A stretch of DNA of 64,000 bases from Candidatus Eiseniibacteriota bacterium (GCA_031370785.1 JANMQY010000023.1:32001-96000); one strand, 5' to 3'. Shown: positions 38,065 through 47,041, counted from the stretch's first letter. Notes: generated by a model not told the origin, from the letters alone. A program made the numbers and translations.

Positions 38065-40386
38065 TCACTTCTCCCGCATCTGCACCGGCGAGGCGAGCAG
38101 CGAGTCGAGCGAGATGATCTGCCCCGCGCGATTCACCTGGCCGAAGCTCAGCACGCCGGTCGGGCAGGTCTCGACGCACGCCGAGCAGCGCACGCACTCG
38201 GGGTCGCGCATCGGGGCGCCCTTGTTCGCGAAACTCATCACGTCGATGCCCTGATGGCACGCGGCCGTGCACTGGCTGCACGAGATGCACTTCTTCTTGT
38301 CGGCGATGATCGCGAACCGGCTGAAGCGCGCGTAGACGTGCATGAGGGCGGCGAGCGGGCAGAAGAACCGGCACCACACCCGGCCCGAATACCAGAAGTA
38401 GAGACCGTATCCCAGCACGCCGGCGAGGAACACATCGACGCCCCACTTGTAGCGCTCCTGGAACACTGAATAGAAGTTGCGCGCGATCCAGTTGTCGTGC
38501 GGTCCCGCCCAGCCGATGATGCGCAGCACTAGGAGCACGAGCGCGATCGCAAGCACGCCCTGTCCGGCGAGGTTGAGGCGATTCCACTTCGGGCCGTGCG
38601 GCATCTTGTGGCGGTGGGTGTCGCCGAGGGTCTCGGCCAGCGCTCCGCACGAGCAGATCCATCCGCAGTAGACGCCTTTGCCGAAGAACCAGATCCCGAG
38701 TGGAATCAGCACGCAGGTCTGCGCGAACCCGATCCCGATCCACCACCACAGCGGCTGGTCGGTGAAGATGTTGTAGACGTTCAGCGGCCACGCGAGGATC
38801 AGCCCGTAGGCGCGCCAGAACTCGCGGCCATGGCCGTAGCTCACCACCGGAAAGAGCGCATCGGCGATCCCGCGCGGCAGCAGCCCGTGATAATTGAGCT
38901 GCGGCAGAATGATCTCGGGGATCAGGAACAGCGGGAAGACCTGCACCGCCATCAGCGTCAGGGTCTGCGCGGTGACGTAGGGCGTGCGCCGCCGCCTCAT
39001 GCGCCGGATGCCGAAGATCACGACCAAGGTCGAGTACGCGAGCGTGTAGTAGAAAGATGGTCCCGCGGCGCTGATCGCAAGCGTGCCGAGCAGCGTGTGC
39101 GGATCTCTCGCGGCGGCGGCGACCGTGCCGCCAGCGGCGGCGAGCAGATCGGGAAGGTTGGCCGGGAACCAGTGGTGCCTTTCCCACAGCTTCCACATCG
39201 AGCCGCCCGACTTCCAGTTGTAGAGCCAGGCGCAGAACGTGAGGAATGCGACCAGCGCGGTCCAGCGCGCGGGCGTCATCTCGCCGGCGATCGGAAGCTT
39301 CGATCGGCGGAAGAACTCGAGCGGAGCTTCGCGCCCGATCATCACGAACACGACATCGTTGGGAATGAGCTCGAATGCCTTTCCCGGAAGTCCGACTACG
39401 ACCTCGCTCGGTGCAATCGAAAGCACCCTGGACTCCATGCGAACTGTCAGTTGTCCCGGCCGATGGTGACGGGGCCGCGCAGGGTCGGTCGTGCTGGTCA
39501 CCAGCTCCGAGCTGGGATGCTCGATCACGACGTCGGCCATCGGGTTCGCCATGAGCGCGAGCAGCATCTCGATATTCTCAGGTCTAGGCCGCGCAAACTC
39601 GGGTCCGCGATGGACGATCGTGACCTCGGCGCCCGCCTGAGTGAGGGCGATCGCAGTCTCGAGCGCCGTATCGCCGCCGCCCACGACCAGCGCGCACTTG
39701 CCCGCGAAGTCTTTCGGGTCGTGGAGGCGGTTGTAGACCTTGTCGAGATCCTCGCCCGGAACCTCGAGCCTGCGAAAGTGGCCGCTGCGCCCGATCGCGA
39801 CCAGCACGCGCCGCGCGATCAATGGCGCTCCGTCCGCGAGGTGCACGCGGAACAGGCCCTCGCCGCGCTCCACCCGTTCCGCGCGCCCGGGGCGGACTTC
39901 GATGCCGGCGGCGCGCACCTGCACGCGCAGCTCCTCGACCAGCGTTTCCTTGACCTCGGCCCTCACCTGAAGATCGCCGGCCGGGACCATTGCCCGCGGG
40001 TAGGTGTAGATGGGTTTGCCCTTGGGGAAATTGACGAGCGTGAAGAACGGCTCGGCGGCTTCGACGACGGCGAACGAAAGGCCATGCCGTCGCGCCTCGA
40101 CCGCTGCGGCCATGCCGGAGACTCCGGCGCCCACGATCGCCAGGTCGAGCGTTCCGGCCGGCGCATCTCCGGCGCGCAGCGCCTTGTCCGCGGCCACCGC
40201 GAGCGCGACTCGGGCGCCTGAGTCGAGCGAGAACTTGAGTAGCGGGATGCCGGTGAGATCGCCCGAGATGTAGACGCCGGGCATGCGCGTCGAGCCGCCT
40301 CGCCTCACCTCGGGCAGTTTCTCGACGGTTCCGGCGGGCCACCGGGTGTGCAGCCAGCGCGCGTAGCGGCTCAGCAATCCGGGCAT
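38065..40386 (-). CDS. Thioredoxin-reductase-like FAD/NAD(P) oxidoreductase fused to NapH-type membrane polyferredoxin
   Basis: IVGAGVSG, VVGGGDTA; CGWICSCG, CRFFCP, two CxxCxxCxxxC motifs. Confidence 0.85.
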   Translation of the reverse strand: MPGLLSRYARWLHTRWPAGTVEKLPEVRRGGSTRMPGVYISGDLTGIPLLKFSLDSGARVALAVAADKALRAGDAPAGTLDLAIVGAGVSGMAAAVEARRHGLSFAVVEAAEPFFTLVNFPKGKPIYTYPRAMVPAGDLQVRAEVKETLVEELRVQVRAAGIEVRPGRAERVERGEGLFRVHLADGAPLIARRVLVAIGRSGHFRRLEVPGEDLDKVYNRLHDPKDFAGKCALVVGGGDTALETAIALTQAGAEVTIVHRGPEFARPRPENIEMLLALMANPMADVVIEHPSSELVTSTTDPARPRHHRPGQLTVRMESRVLSIAPSEVVVGLPGKAFELIPNDVVFVMIGREAPLEFFRRSKLPIAGEMTPARWTALVAFLTFCAWLYNWKSGGSMWKLWERHHWFPANLPDLLAAAGGTVAAAARDPHTLLGTLAISAAGPSFYYTLAYSTLVVIFGIRRMRRRRTPYVTAQTLTLMAVQVFPLFLIPEIILPQLNYHGLLPRGIADALFPVVSYGHGREFWRAYGLILAWPLNVYNIFTDQPLWWWIGIGFAQTCVLIPLGIWFFGKGVYCGWICSCGALAETLGDTHRHKMPHGPKWNRLNLAGQGVLAIALVLLVLRIIGWAGPHDNWIARNFYSVFQERYKWGVDVFLAGVLGYGLYFWYSGRVWCRFFCPLAALMHVYARFSRFAIIADKKKCISCSQCTAACHQGIDVMSFANKGAPMRDPECVRCSACVETCPTGVLSFGQVNRAGQIISLDSLLASPVQMREK

Positions 40387-40531
40387 CGATGCCTCAGGGG
40401 AGAACGCACGTCGGACGCGTCAATCTGTCATGCGGCGCACCCAAGTGGCAACGTCCGAAACATGCGCCGGCGCTCATGCTATCTTTCGCGCGCCGCGCGC
40501 CCGCTCGAGGGAGTGCCGGCAAGGGGGGCCG

Positions 40532-41533
40532 GTGGGAGAGAGCCGCGGACGAAGGTGGATGGGGTGGTGCGCGATCGCGCTCGCGATAGCGCTCGGCGGA
40601 TGCGGCCGTGGCCCGGCCGGCGTCGGCGGCAGCGGCACGATCGAGATGGATCAGGTGGATGTCTCTTCCCTGGTCGGCGGGCGCATCTCGAGCATGCGCG
40701 TCAGCGAAGGCGACACGGTGCAGGTGGATGACACGCTCGCGACTCTGGACCGGGGCGAGGTGGTGGCTTCGCTCAGGGCGCAGGCGGCCGAGGCCGCCCG
40801 CATGCAATCGCTCTGGCGCGATCAGGAGAGTGGAACCCGCCTGAGCGAGCTTCGCGCCGCCGAGGCCGAGCTCGACGCCGCGAAATCCGCGCTCGAGTTT
40901 GCCGAGGCCGAGTTCAAGCGCACCGAAGTTCTGGCGCGCGACCACGTGGTCGCGGCCGCCGAGCTGGACCGGGCGCGCGCCACGCGCGATTCTGCGCGAG
41001 CCCGCCGCGACGCGGCTGCCGAGAAGGTGTCGATGCTGAGCACCGGATCGAGGCGGTATCAGATCGATGCCGCGCGCGAGGCCGCGCTCGCCGCTCAGGC
41101 CCGTTTCGCGGGCGCGAAGAGCAACTCGCGTGAGCTGGTGCTGACCGCGCCGATCTCTGGCGTGGTGCTGCTGCGAAACGCCGAGGCGGGAGAGGTCGTG
41201 GGCCCTGGCGTGCCTCTCGTGACGCTGGGGAATCCGGACCGGCTCTGGGTGCGGGTGTACGTCGCGGCGCCCCAGATCGGCAAGGTGCGCCTCGGCGCTC
41301 CGACCGAGGTGCGTGCCACCGGGTTTGGCTCGCGCAAGTTCACCGGGCACGTGGTCGAGATCGCGAGCCGCGCCGAGTTCACACCGCGCGCCGCACTCAC
41401 CGAGGACGAGCGCGCGAACCTCGTGTTCGGCGTCAAGATCGCGCTCGATCCGACCGGCGGCGCGCTCAAGCCCGGGCTCCCCGCCGACGCGCGCATCCTG
41501 GTTTCGGCGGATGGCGACCGAGCAAGCCGATGA
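40532..41533 (+). CDS. HlyD/YbhG-type membrane fusion protein
   Basis: SGTIE, lipoyl-like hairpin, LTAPISG, AEFTPR, LKPGLPAD; start uncertain. Confidence 0.9.
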   Translation: MGESRGRRWMGWCAIALAIALGGCGRGPAGVGGSGTIEMDQVDVSSLVGGRISSMRVSEGDTVQVDDTLATLDRGEVVASLRAQAAEAARMQSLWRDQESGTRLSELRAAEAELDAAKSALEFAEAEFKRTEVLARDHVVAAAELDRARATRDSARARRDAAAEKVSMLSTGSRRYQIDAAREAALAAQARFAGAKSNSRELVLTAPISGVVLLRNAEAGEVVGPGVPLVTLGNPDRLWVRVYVAAPQIGKVRLGAPTEVRATGFGSRKFTGHVVEIASRAEFTPRAALTEDERANLVFGVKIALDPTGGALKPGLPADARILVSADGDRASR

Positions 41534-42336
41534 TCCGGCCGGCGGACGAGTCCACGGGAGCCGGGCTCACCGGAGCCGGGCCCACGGCGTCCGCGCCTTC
41601 GCTGCCGGCTTCGCGGGTCGTGGTGGTGCGTGATCTGGCCAAGAACTTCGGCGCGGTCAAAGCCGTCGATGGCGTGAGCTTCGACATCCGCCCCGGCGAG
41701 ATCTTCGGCATCCTCGGTCCCAACGGCTCGGGCAAGACCACGCTGATCCGCATGCTGTGCGGCTTAATCACTCCCGCGGCGGGCGCGCTCGAGGTGGCGG
41801 GTGTCGACGTGGTTGCCGATCCCGATCGGGTCAAGACCCGGATCGGCTACATGTCGCAGGCGTTCGGGCTCTACACCGACTTGACCGTGCTCGAGAACCT
41901 TCGCTTCTACGCCGGAGTCTACGAGCTGGGCGATGGCTGGCGGGATCGGGCCGAGTGGGCGCTGGCGGCGATGCGCCTGACACCGCTGCGCGACCGGCTG
42001 GCCGGCGTGCTCTCGGGCGGCAACCAGCGCCGGCTCGCGCTCGGCTGCGCGCTGCTGCACGGGCCGCCCGTACTGTTTCTCGATGAGCCGACCGCGGGGG
42101 TCGATCCCGCGGCGCGCCGCCTGTTCTGGCAGATCATTCGCGAGCGCTCCGCCGAGGGCACGACCATCATCGTGACCACGCACTACATGGACGAAGCTGA
42201 GCGCTTCGACCGGCTCGCGTTCCTCTCGAACGGGCACCTGATGGCGGTGGGCACCCCGGCCGAGGTGAAGACCAGCTTCGGGACCGGGATGTCGCTCGAA
42301 GACATCTTCGTCGCGCTTCAGGAGAAGGGCGTGTGA
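41530..42336 (+). CDS. ABC transporter ATP-binding protein (YbhF-like)
   Basis: GPNGSGKTT, LSGG, FLDEPT, TTHYMDEAE. Confidence 0.94.
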   Translation: MIRPADESTGAGLTGAGPTASAPSLPASRVVVVRDLAKNFGAVKAVDGVSFDIRPGEIFGILGPNGSGKTTLIRMLCGLITPAAGALEVAGVDVVADPDRVKTRIGYMSQAFGLYTDLTVLENLRFYAGVYELGDGWRDRAEWALAAMRLTPLRDRLAGVLSGGNQRRLALGCALLHGPPVLFLDEPTAGVDPAARRLFWQIIRERSAEGTTIIVTTHYMDEAERFDRLAFLSNGHLMAVGTPAEVKTSFGTGMSLEDIFVALQEKGV

Positions 42337-43460
42337 AGGCGCACCGGCTGCGCGCCATCTTCTGGAAGGAGTTCATCCAGATGCGGCGCGACCGCGGCAC
42401 GCTCGGGCTGCTGCTGGTCATCCCGATGGTCCAGGTGCTGCTGTTCGGCTACGCGATCCGCATGGACGTTCGCAACCTGCGCACCGCCGTGCTCGACGGC
42501 AGCCGCACCGCCGAGAGCCGCGAGCTGGCGCAGAAGCTGGAGGCCACGAAGAACTTCCGCATCGTGAGCCACGTCGAGAGCTACGAGCAGGCAATCGAGT
42601 TGCTCGATCGCGGCTGGGTGCGCGCCGCCTTCGTGATCCCTCCCGAATACGCGCGGAACTTGAAGCGCGGGCGCCCGGTCGCGGTGCAGGTGCTGGTGGA
42701 CGCGACCGATCCGACCGCGAGCCAGAATGCGATCGCCGCGGCGCAGATGGTCGGCCAGCAGGTCAACCTGGGGCTGATCGCGGGGCGCCTCGGCATCGAC
42801 GCGACGCGGGGCACCCCGCCGCTCGAGGTGCGCGTGCTCCCGCTCTACAATCCCGCGCTGCGCAGCGCCATGTTCATCGTGCCGGGCATCATCGGCATGA
42901 TCCTGTCGCTGACGCTCATGATCGTCACCTCGATGGCGATCGTGCGCGAGCGCGAGCGCGGGACTCTGGAGCAGCTGATCGTGACCCCGCTCACGCGCGG
43001 CGAGATCATGCTCGGAAAGATCGCCCCCTACGTGCTGGTCGGTTACGTCCAGATGACCGCGGTGCTCCTGATCGGGCGTCTGGTGTTCAATGTCCCGATC
43101 CGCGGCAGCCTGTGGCTGATCTACGCCGAGAGCATGCTGTTCATCATCGGCAATCTCGGCCTGGGGCTCTTCATCTCGACACTGGCGCGCACCCAGGCCC
43201 AGGCGATGCAGGTCTCGTATTTCTTCGTCATGCCCAACATCCTGCTCTCGGGATTCATGTTCCCGCGCGAAGGCATGCCGATCATTCCCCGTGAGATCGG
43301 GCTGGTATTCCCGCTGACCTACTATCTGCAGGTGCTGCGTGGCATCGTGCTCAAGGGCGTCGGGTTGAGGGAGCTGTGGCCCCAGACCCTGGCGCTGGTC
43401 GGATTCGCACTGCTCTACTTCACGTTCAGCGTGAGCCGCTTCCGCAAGAGTCTCGAGTAG
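42333..43460 (+). CDS. ABC-2 type permease (YbhS/R-like)
   Basis: KEFIQMRRD, YNP, RERERGTLEQL, LSGFMFP. Confidence 0.93.
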   Translation: MKAHRLRAIFWKEFIQMRRDRGTLGLLLVIPMVQVLLFGYAIRMDVRNLRTAVLDGSRTAESRELAQKLEATKNFRIVSHVESYEQAIELLDRGWVRAAFVIPPEYARNLKRGRPVAVQVLVDATDPTASQNAIAAAQMVGQQVNLGLIAGRLGIDATRGTPPLEVRVLPLYNPALRSAMFIVPGIIGMILSLTLMIVTSMAIVRERERGTLEQLIVTPLTRGEIMLGKIAPYVLVGYVQMTAVLLIGRLVFNVPIRGSLWLIYAESMLFIIGNLGLGLFISTLARTQAQAMQVSYFFVMPNILLSGFMFPREGMPIIPREIGLVFPLTYYLQVLRGIVLKGVGLRELWPQTLALVGFALLYFTFSVSRFRKSLE

Positions 43461-43655
43461 CCAGTCCGAGTCGAATCGAGCAGGAAATCCTTGGATTTCC
43501 GGGCGATCAGAAAACCCGCTGGACTTGCCGACCGGTTTTGATAGGTTTTCCGCCGAATCCCCTCGGGTGTTCCTGAGGGAGGGGATCGCCTCCCGGCGGT
43601 TCGCCGTCGGCCGAGGCCGCAAAGGGATGCGCTACGAACCCAAGGAGGGATTCAA

Positions 43656-43790
43656 GTGAGCGAAGAAAAGAAGGACAACCAGGTCGAACTGTACAAGGCA
43701 TACTCGGTGAAAGAGATTCTCGAGCGCCGCGAGATGTTTGGCTTCTCGAACAGCTTCGACAGCCTGAGCGGCGGCTCGTCCAAGACCTAG
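43656..43790 (+). CDS. 44-aa putative RiPP precursor MSEEKKDNQVELYKAYSVKEILERREMFGFSNSFDSLSGGSSKT (not in ORF track)
   Basis: AAGGAGGG RBS 6 nt before GTG; charged leader plus Ser/Gly/Phe-rich tail; hairpins after stop; precedes modifying-enzyme-like gene. Confidence 0.7.
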   Translation: MSEEKKDNQVELYKAYSVKEILERREMFGFSNSFDSLSGGSSKT

Positions 43791-43836
43791 GCCGGGCTCC
43801 GGTGCTCCGCCGGAATGGCGGGGCAGTGGCTTCCAA

Positions 43837-43870
43837 TCGGCGGAAGGGATTGAGAACTCCCTTCCGCCGA
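43837..43870 (+). other. Perfect 13-bp intergenic hairpin (mRNA stabiliser/attenuator)
   Basis: TCGGCGGAAGGGA-TTGAGAAC-TCCCTTCCGCCGA; a weaker hairpin at 43803-43825. Confidence 0.75.
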
Positions 43871-43896
43871 GCCGTTTCAGGATCTCGCAAGACCCC

Positions 43897-45102
43897 ATGC
43901 GCCTCCTCGATCTCACGCTGAACGCGCGTAGTGCGCTGCTGACGACGTACGCCCGGTTCCGCCTGCGTAACGGCTTCGACCATGTTGCGCCGTGGCTGAA
44001 CCTCGTGCCCATCACACTGACTTCGGCCTATGGCGAGAGCCTGTCCTCGACCGATGCGCTGGCGCTGGCCAGGCGCTGCCTGATCTACCGAATGCTGATC
44101 AAGCTCGACCACGACGACCTCGAACGCGGAGGTCGCGTGCACGAGCTGGTCAACACCGGGCCCCTGCTCGAGACCTACGCGCGCGGCCGGGGCGTGGTGG
44201 TGTGCTCGATGCACCTCGGGCCCTACTACTACGTGGGGCTCGAGCTCGGCGGGCTCGGCCTCACCACCACCACCGTCGCCGCCGACGGAATCCGCGACGA
44301 GAAGGGGATTCGGTGGAGCCGCGCCCTCGCAAAAATGCCGGGTCCGGTCGAGACACTGCCCGCACGCGGGGCGCCGACGCTGATTCGCATGCTGCGCGCG
44401 CTCAAGCGCGGGAACGCAGTCGCCGTGTACATGGACGGCCAGACCGGCGTCGGCGGCCCGGCCGCGGGACAGCATCACAGCGTGGTGATCCCCATGCTCG
44501 GAATGGAAATGCGCCTGCGCGCGGGACCCGCATTCCTCGCTCAGAAGGCGCAGGCTCCGGTCGTGCTCGCGGTCGCCCATCGCACGCCGGCCGGACGCCG
44601 CGTGATCGAGTTCTCCGACGTGTTCGATCCGCCGGCCGGCGATGATCACGAGGCGCGCGCCGAGCTGATGCATCGCATGGCGCCGTGGTTCGAAGAGCGC
44701 GTCCGGCGCCACCCCGAGCAGTGGGGCGGCTGGTTCGTCCCCGTGCTCACCTGGGCCGAGACCGGGACCGCACCCGCGGTCTCGCGCGAGTCGTTCGATC
44801 GCGAGTTCGAGCGCGTGCGCGCGCTGGTCGCGGACACCGGCGGCCAAGCGCGGCTGACCGCGGACCGTGCGCGGGTCGCGGTCTACGAGCATCTCGGCGA
44901 ACAGGTGATCGTCGAGGCCACCAAGAAGCGCATCCTCGCCGCCACGCCGCTCGGCTGCGGGGTATTGCGCGCGGCGTTTCGCGGCGTGCGCATGAACCGG
45001 CTGCCGCGCCTGTTCCCGGATGGCGCGGACGCGCTGAGTCTCGAGGTCACGCGCATGGTGCTCGCCGGGCTCGCGCGTATCGAAGGTGACGCGCGCGCGT
45101 GA
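43897..45102 (+). CDS. LpxL/HtrB-like (LPLAT) acyltransferase with C-terminal RRE/PqqD-like extension
   Basis: CSMHLGPY, YMDGQTG, IPMLG..AGPAFLAQKAQAPVV, VRRHPEQW; ~85-aa beta3-alpha3 tail ending LEVTRMVLAGLA. Confidence 0.75.
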   Translation: MRLLDLTLNARSALLTTYARFRLRNGFDHVAPWLNLVPITLTSAYGESLSSTDALALARRCLIYRMLIKLDHDDLERGGRVHELVNTGPLLETYARGRGVVVCSMHLGPYYYVGLELGGLGLTTTTVAADGIRDEKGIRWSRALAKMPGPVETLPARGAPTLIRMLRALKRGNAVAVYMDGQTGVGGPAAGQHHSVVIPMLGMEMRLRAGPAFLAQKAQAPVVLAVAHRTPAGRRVIEFSDVFDPPAGDDHEARAELMHRMAPWFEERVRRHPEQWGGWFVPVLTWAETGTAPAVSRESFDREFERVRALVADTGGQARLTADRARVAVYEHLGEQVIVEATKKRILAATPLGCGVLRAAFRGVRMNRLPRLFPDGADALSLEVTRMVLAGLARIEGDARA

Positions 45103-45246
45103 GTGGCGCGACCCCGCGGCCAGCGCTGCGCCCGAGTCGCGGGCGACTCGGTAACCAGCGCATGGCCCGCGCTCGCGGTGTTGCTCCTGCTGGTGCTGCT
45201 CTACGCGCCCTTCGGCACCAACCCGTTCATCTGTTTCCAATTCTGA
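45103..45246 (+). CDS. 47-aa single-TM micro-ORF ending NPFICFQF (DltX / AlgI C-tail-like); may be a remnant
   Basis: GTG directly after acyltransferase TGA, same frame; WPALAVLLLLVLLYAPFGTNPFICFQF*. Confidence 0.45.
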   Translation: MARPRGQRCARVAGDSVTSAWPALAVLLLLVLLYAPFGTNPFICFQF

Positions 45247-45345
45247 TCGGACGGTTGCCATTCGGCAGGCGCCCGACCCCAGCGCACGGGCGGCTGCCCG
45301 ATCGCGGGCCTTTCATTGAGTGGCGCGATGAGTCATCGTGCTCCC

Positions 45346-45888
45346 ATGAATCCGAGCCTCACCGACAGGCTGTGCACGCAGTGCGGCCTGTGCTGCGACG
45401 GTTCGCTGTTCGCCGACGTCGAGCTGTCGAGCCAGGCGGAAGCAACCCGCGTCGAGCTCATGGGCTTGAGGATCGACGACGACGCGGACGCCAGGCTGAT
45501 GTTGCTGCCGTGCGCGGCGCTGAAAGGGACGCGGTGCAGCGTCTACGCGCACCGTCCCGAGTGTTGCCGAACCTTCGAGTGCCGATTGCTGCAGGACACG
45601 CGACGCGGCACGGTGAGCGTGGAGCAGGCCGAGGAGCATATCGCCGAAGCACTCGGGCGGATTCGGCGCGTGAAGGACCTGCTCGCGCTGCTCGGCCAGC
45701 GCGACGCGCGACTGCCGCTCAAAGAGCGGTGCGCCGAAGCGCTCGCGAGACCGGCTGCTGCGGGTCCCGAGGCGAAGCGGAATCGCGCAGCGCTCGAAGC
45801 GGAGATGTCCGAGGTGGAGGCGCTGCTCCAGAAACGATTCCTTCAGCCGGAAAGTGATGTTCGTGTCCCCGCAAGTCGCTGCCCATGA
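45346..45888 (+). CDS. YkgJ family CxxCxxCC cysteine-cluster protein
   Basis: LCTQCGLCCDG, PCAAL..RCSVYAHRPECCRTFEC. Confidence 0.85.
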   Translation: MNPSLTDRLCTQCGLCCDGSLFADVELSSQAEATRVELMGLRIDDDADARLMLLPCAALKGTRCSVYAHRPECCRTFECRLLQDTRRGTVSVEQAEEHIAEALGRIRRVKDLLALLGQRDARLPLKERCAEALARPAAAGPEAKRNRAALEAEMSEVEALLQKRFLQPESDVRVPASRCP

Positions 45889-45925
45889 AGCGAGACCCAT
45901 CGTCACTTCATGAACTGGCCGAGGT

Positions 45926-47041
45926 TCAGGAAGTTTCCTTCCGCCAGTAGCGCGCGCCGTCGCCGGTGCGATCGAGGTAGCCGAAGTCGCACAGCGCGCG
46001 GCGGAGCAAAGCCCAGTCGCCGAACGTGTGCGATCGGTTCAGCATCTCGTTGACCTCGCGCTCGGAATAGAACTGCCCGGGCGTGAAGTGCGCAGCCATA
46101 AGCTCCAGCGCCTCAGTCTGATCACGGCGTTTCGTCGGCCATTGGGTGAGGCGTCCCTCGGCATCCAGAAACCGGCCGGCGAGAGAAGCCCGCTTGCGAG
46201 CAGGCTGAAGGACGAGCGCCATTTCGCGCTGGCGATGAGCCACGCCGAAGCCAAGCGCCTCGAACGCACGCGCTGCCGGATCGTCCGGCGCAAGGTTGAC
46301 GAGGCCGGCCGCTGAAGTCGGATCGACGCGAAGGACTGCGCCGAGCACGGCGTCGATCGCGTCGACCGGCGCTCCTGCGGCACTCCCGATGTCGAAGATC
46401 TGCAGCTTTCCCGGATCGGCCCGATAGATCGCGCACGCCGTGATCGCGCCGCCCTGCATCACGGCCAGCGCGCGCAGTGGACCCGCAAGCCGCTCGAGCG
46501 AGCGCAGATCGCGCTGCCACGGCGACCGGACCGGATGAAGGCCCGCATGCGCCGCGAACGCCTCGCTCACCGGCAGGTCGTCCACGCGAAACGCGGAGGG
46601 AAGGGGAGCCGGTGCGGCCGCGCGGATCCACACGTCGAGTGGACGTGTGTCGCGGAACCCCAGCGCTTCATAGATGCGAAACGCCGGCGAGTTCTGGACC
46701 AGCACTTCAAGATCGACCTGGGTGACGCCCGCGCCGCGCGCTTCGGCAAGCACAGCCTCCATCACGGCCCGGCCGTGGCCGGCGCCACGCGCCTCGGGCA
46801 CGACGCCCATGCCGCCGATCCAGCCGCGCGTGCCCCGCACACCCAGCATCGCGATCGCGACCGGCCTGCCGTCCGCGACCACCACGCGAGAGCGCTCCAG
46901 ATCCAGGTTCCACGCGTTGATCATGCGCGCATAGGTCGCGGCGTCGAACGACACCGGCACGTAGTAGGCTTCGTAACAGCGCGTGACGAGTGCGCTCAGG
47001 TCTTCGATCGAGAGGCTCGCGGCGGGTTTCAGGGTAGGCAT
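45926..47041 (-). CDS. Tandem GNAT acetyltransferase fused to DUF2087
   Basis: IGGMGVVPEARGAGHG, LEVLVQN..A..IYEALGF; tail WPTKRR..YSEREVN..DWALLRRALCDFG..DGARYW. Confidence 0.85.
   Translation of the reverse strand: MPTLKPAASLSIEDLSALVTRCYEAYYVPVSFDAATYARMINAWNLDLERSRVVVADGRPVAIAMLGVRGTRGWIGGMGVVPEARGAGHGRAVMEAVLAEARGAGVTQVDLEVLVQNSPAFRIYEALGFRDTRPLDVWIRAAAPAPLPSAFRVDDLPVSEAFAAHAGLHPVRSPWQRDLRSLERLAGPLRALAVMQGGAITACAIYRADPGKLQIFDIGSAAGAPVDAIDAVLGAVLRVDPTSAAGLVNLAPDDPAARAFEALGFGVAHRQREMALVLQPARKRASLAGRFLDAEGRLTQWPTKRRDQTEALELMAAHFTPGQFYSEREVNEMLNRSHTFGDWALLRRALCDFGYLDRTGDGARYWRKETS

Noticed and set aside
45100..45151. In-frame TGA followed by a CCGAGTCGC-GG-GCGACTCGG hairpin as possible selenocysteine/readthrough signal fusing acyltransferase and micro-ORF
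   Set aside because: The TGA is not at a catalytic-Cys-like position and the hairpin is not a convincing SECIS; GC-rich stems are common here.
45099..45857. 252-aa plus-strand ORF with GTGA overlap after the acyltransferase
   Set aside because: Arg/Ala-rich with no motifs, and it overlaps the YkgJ gene in another frame.
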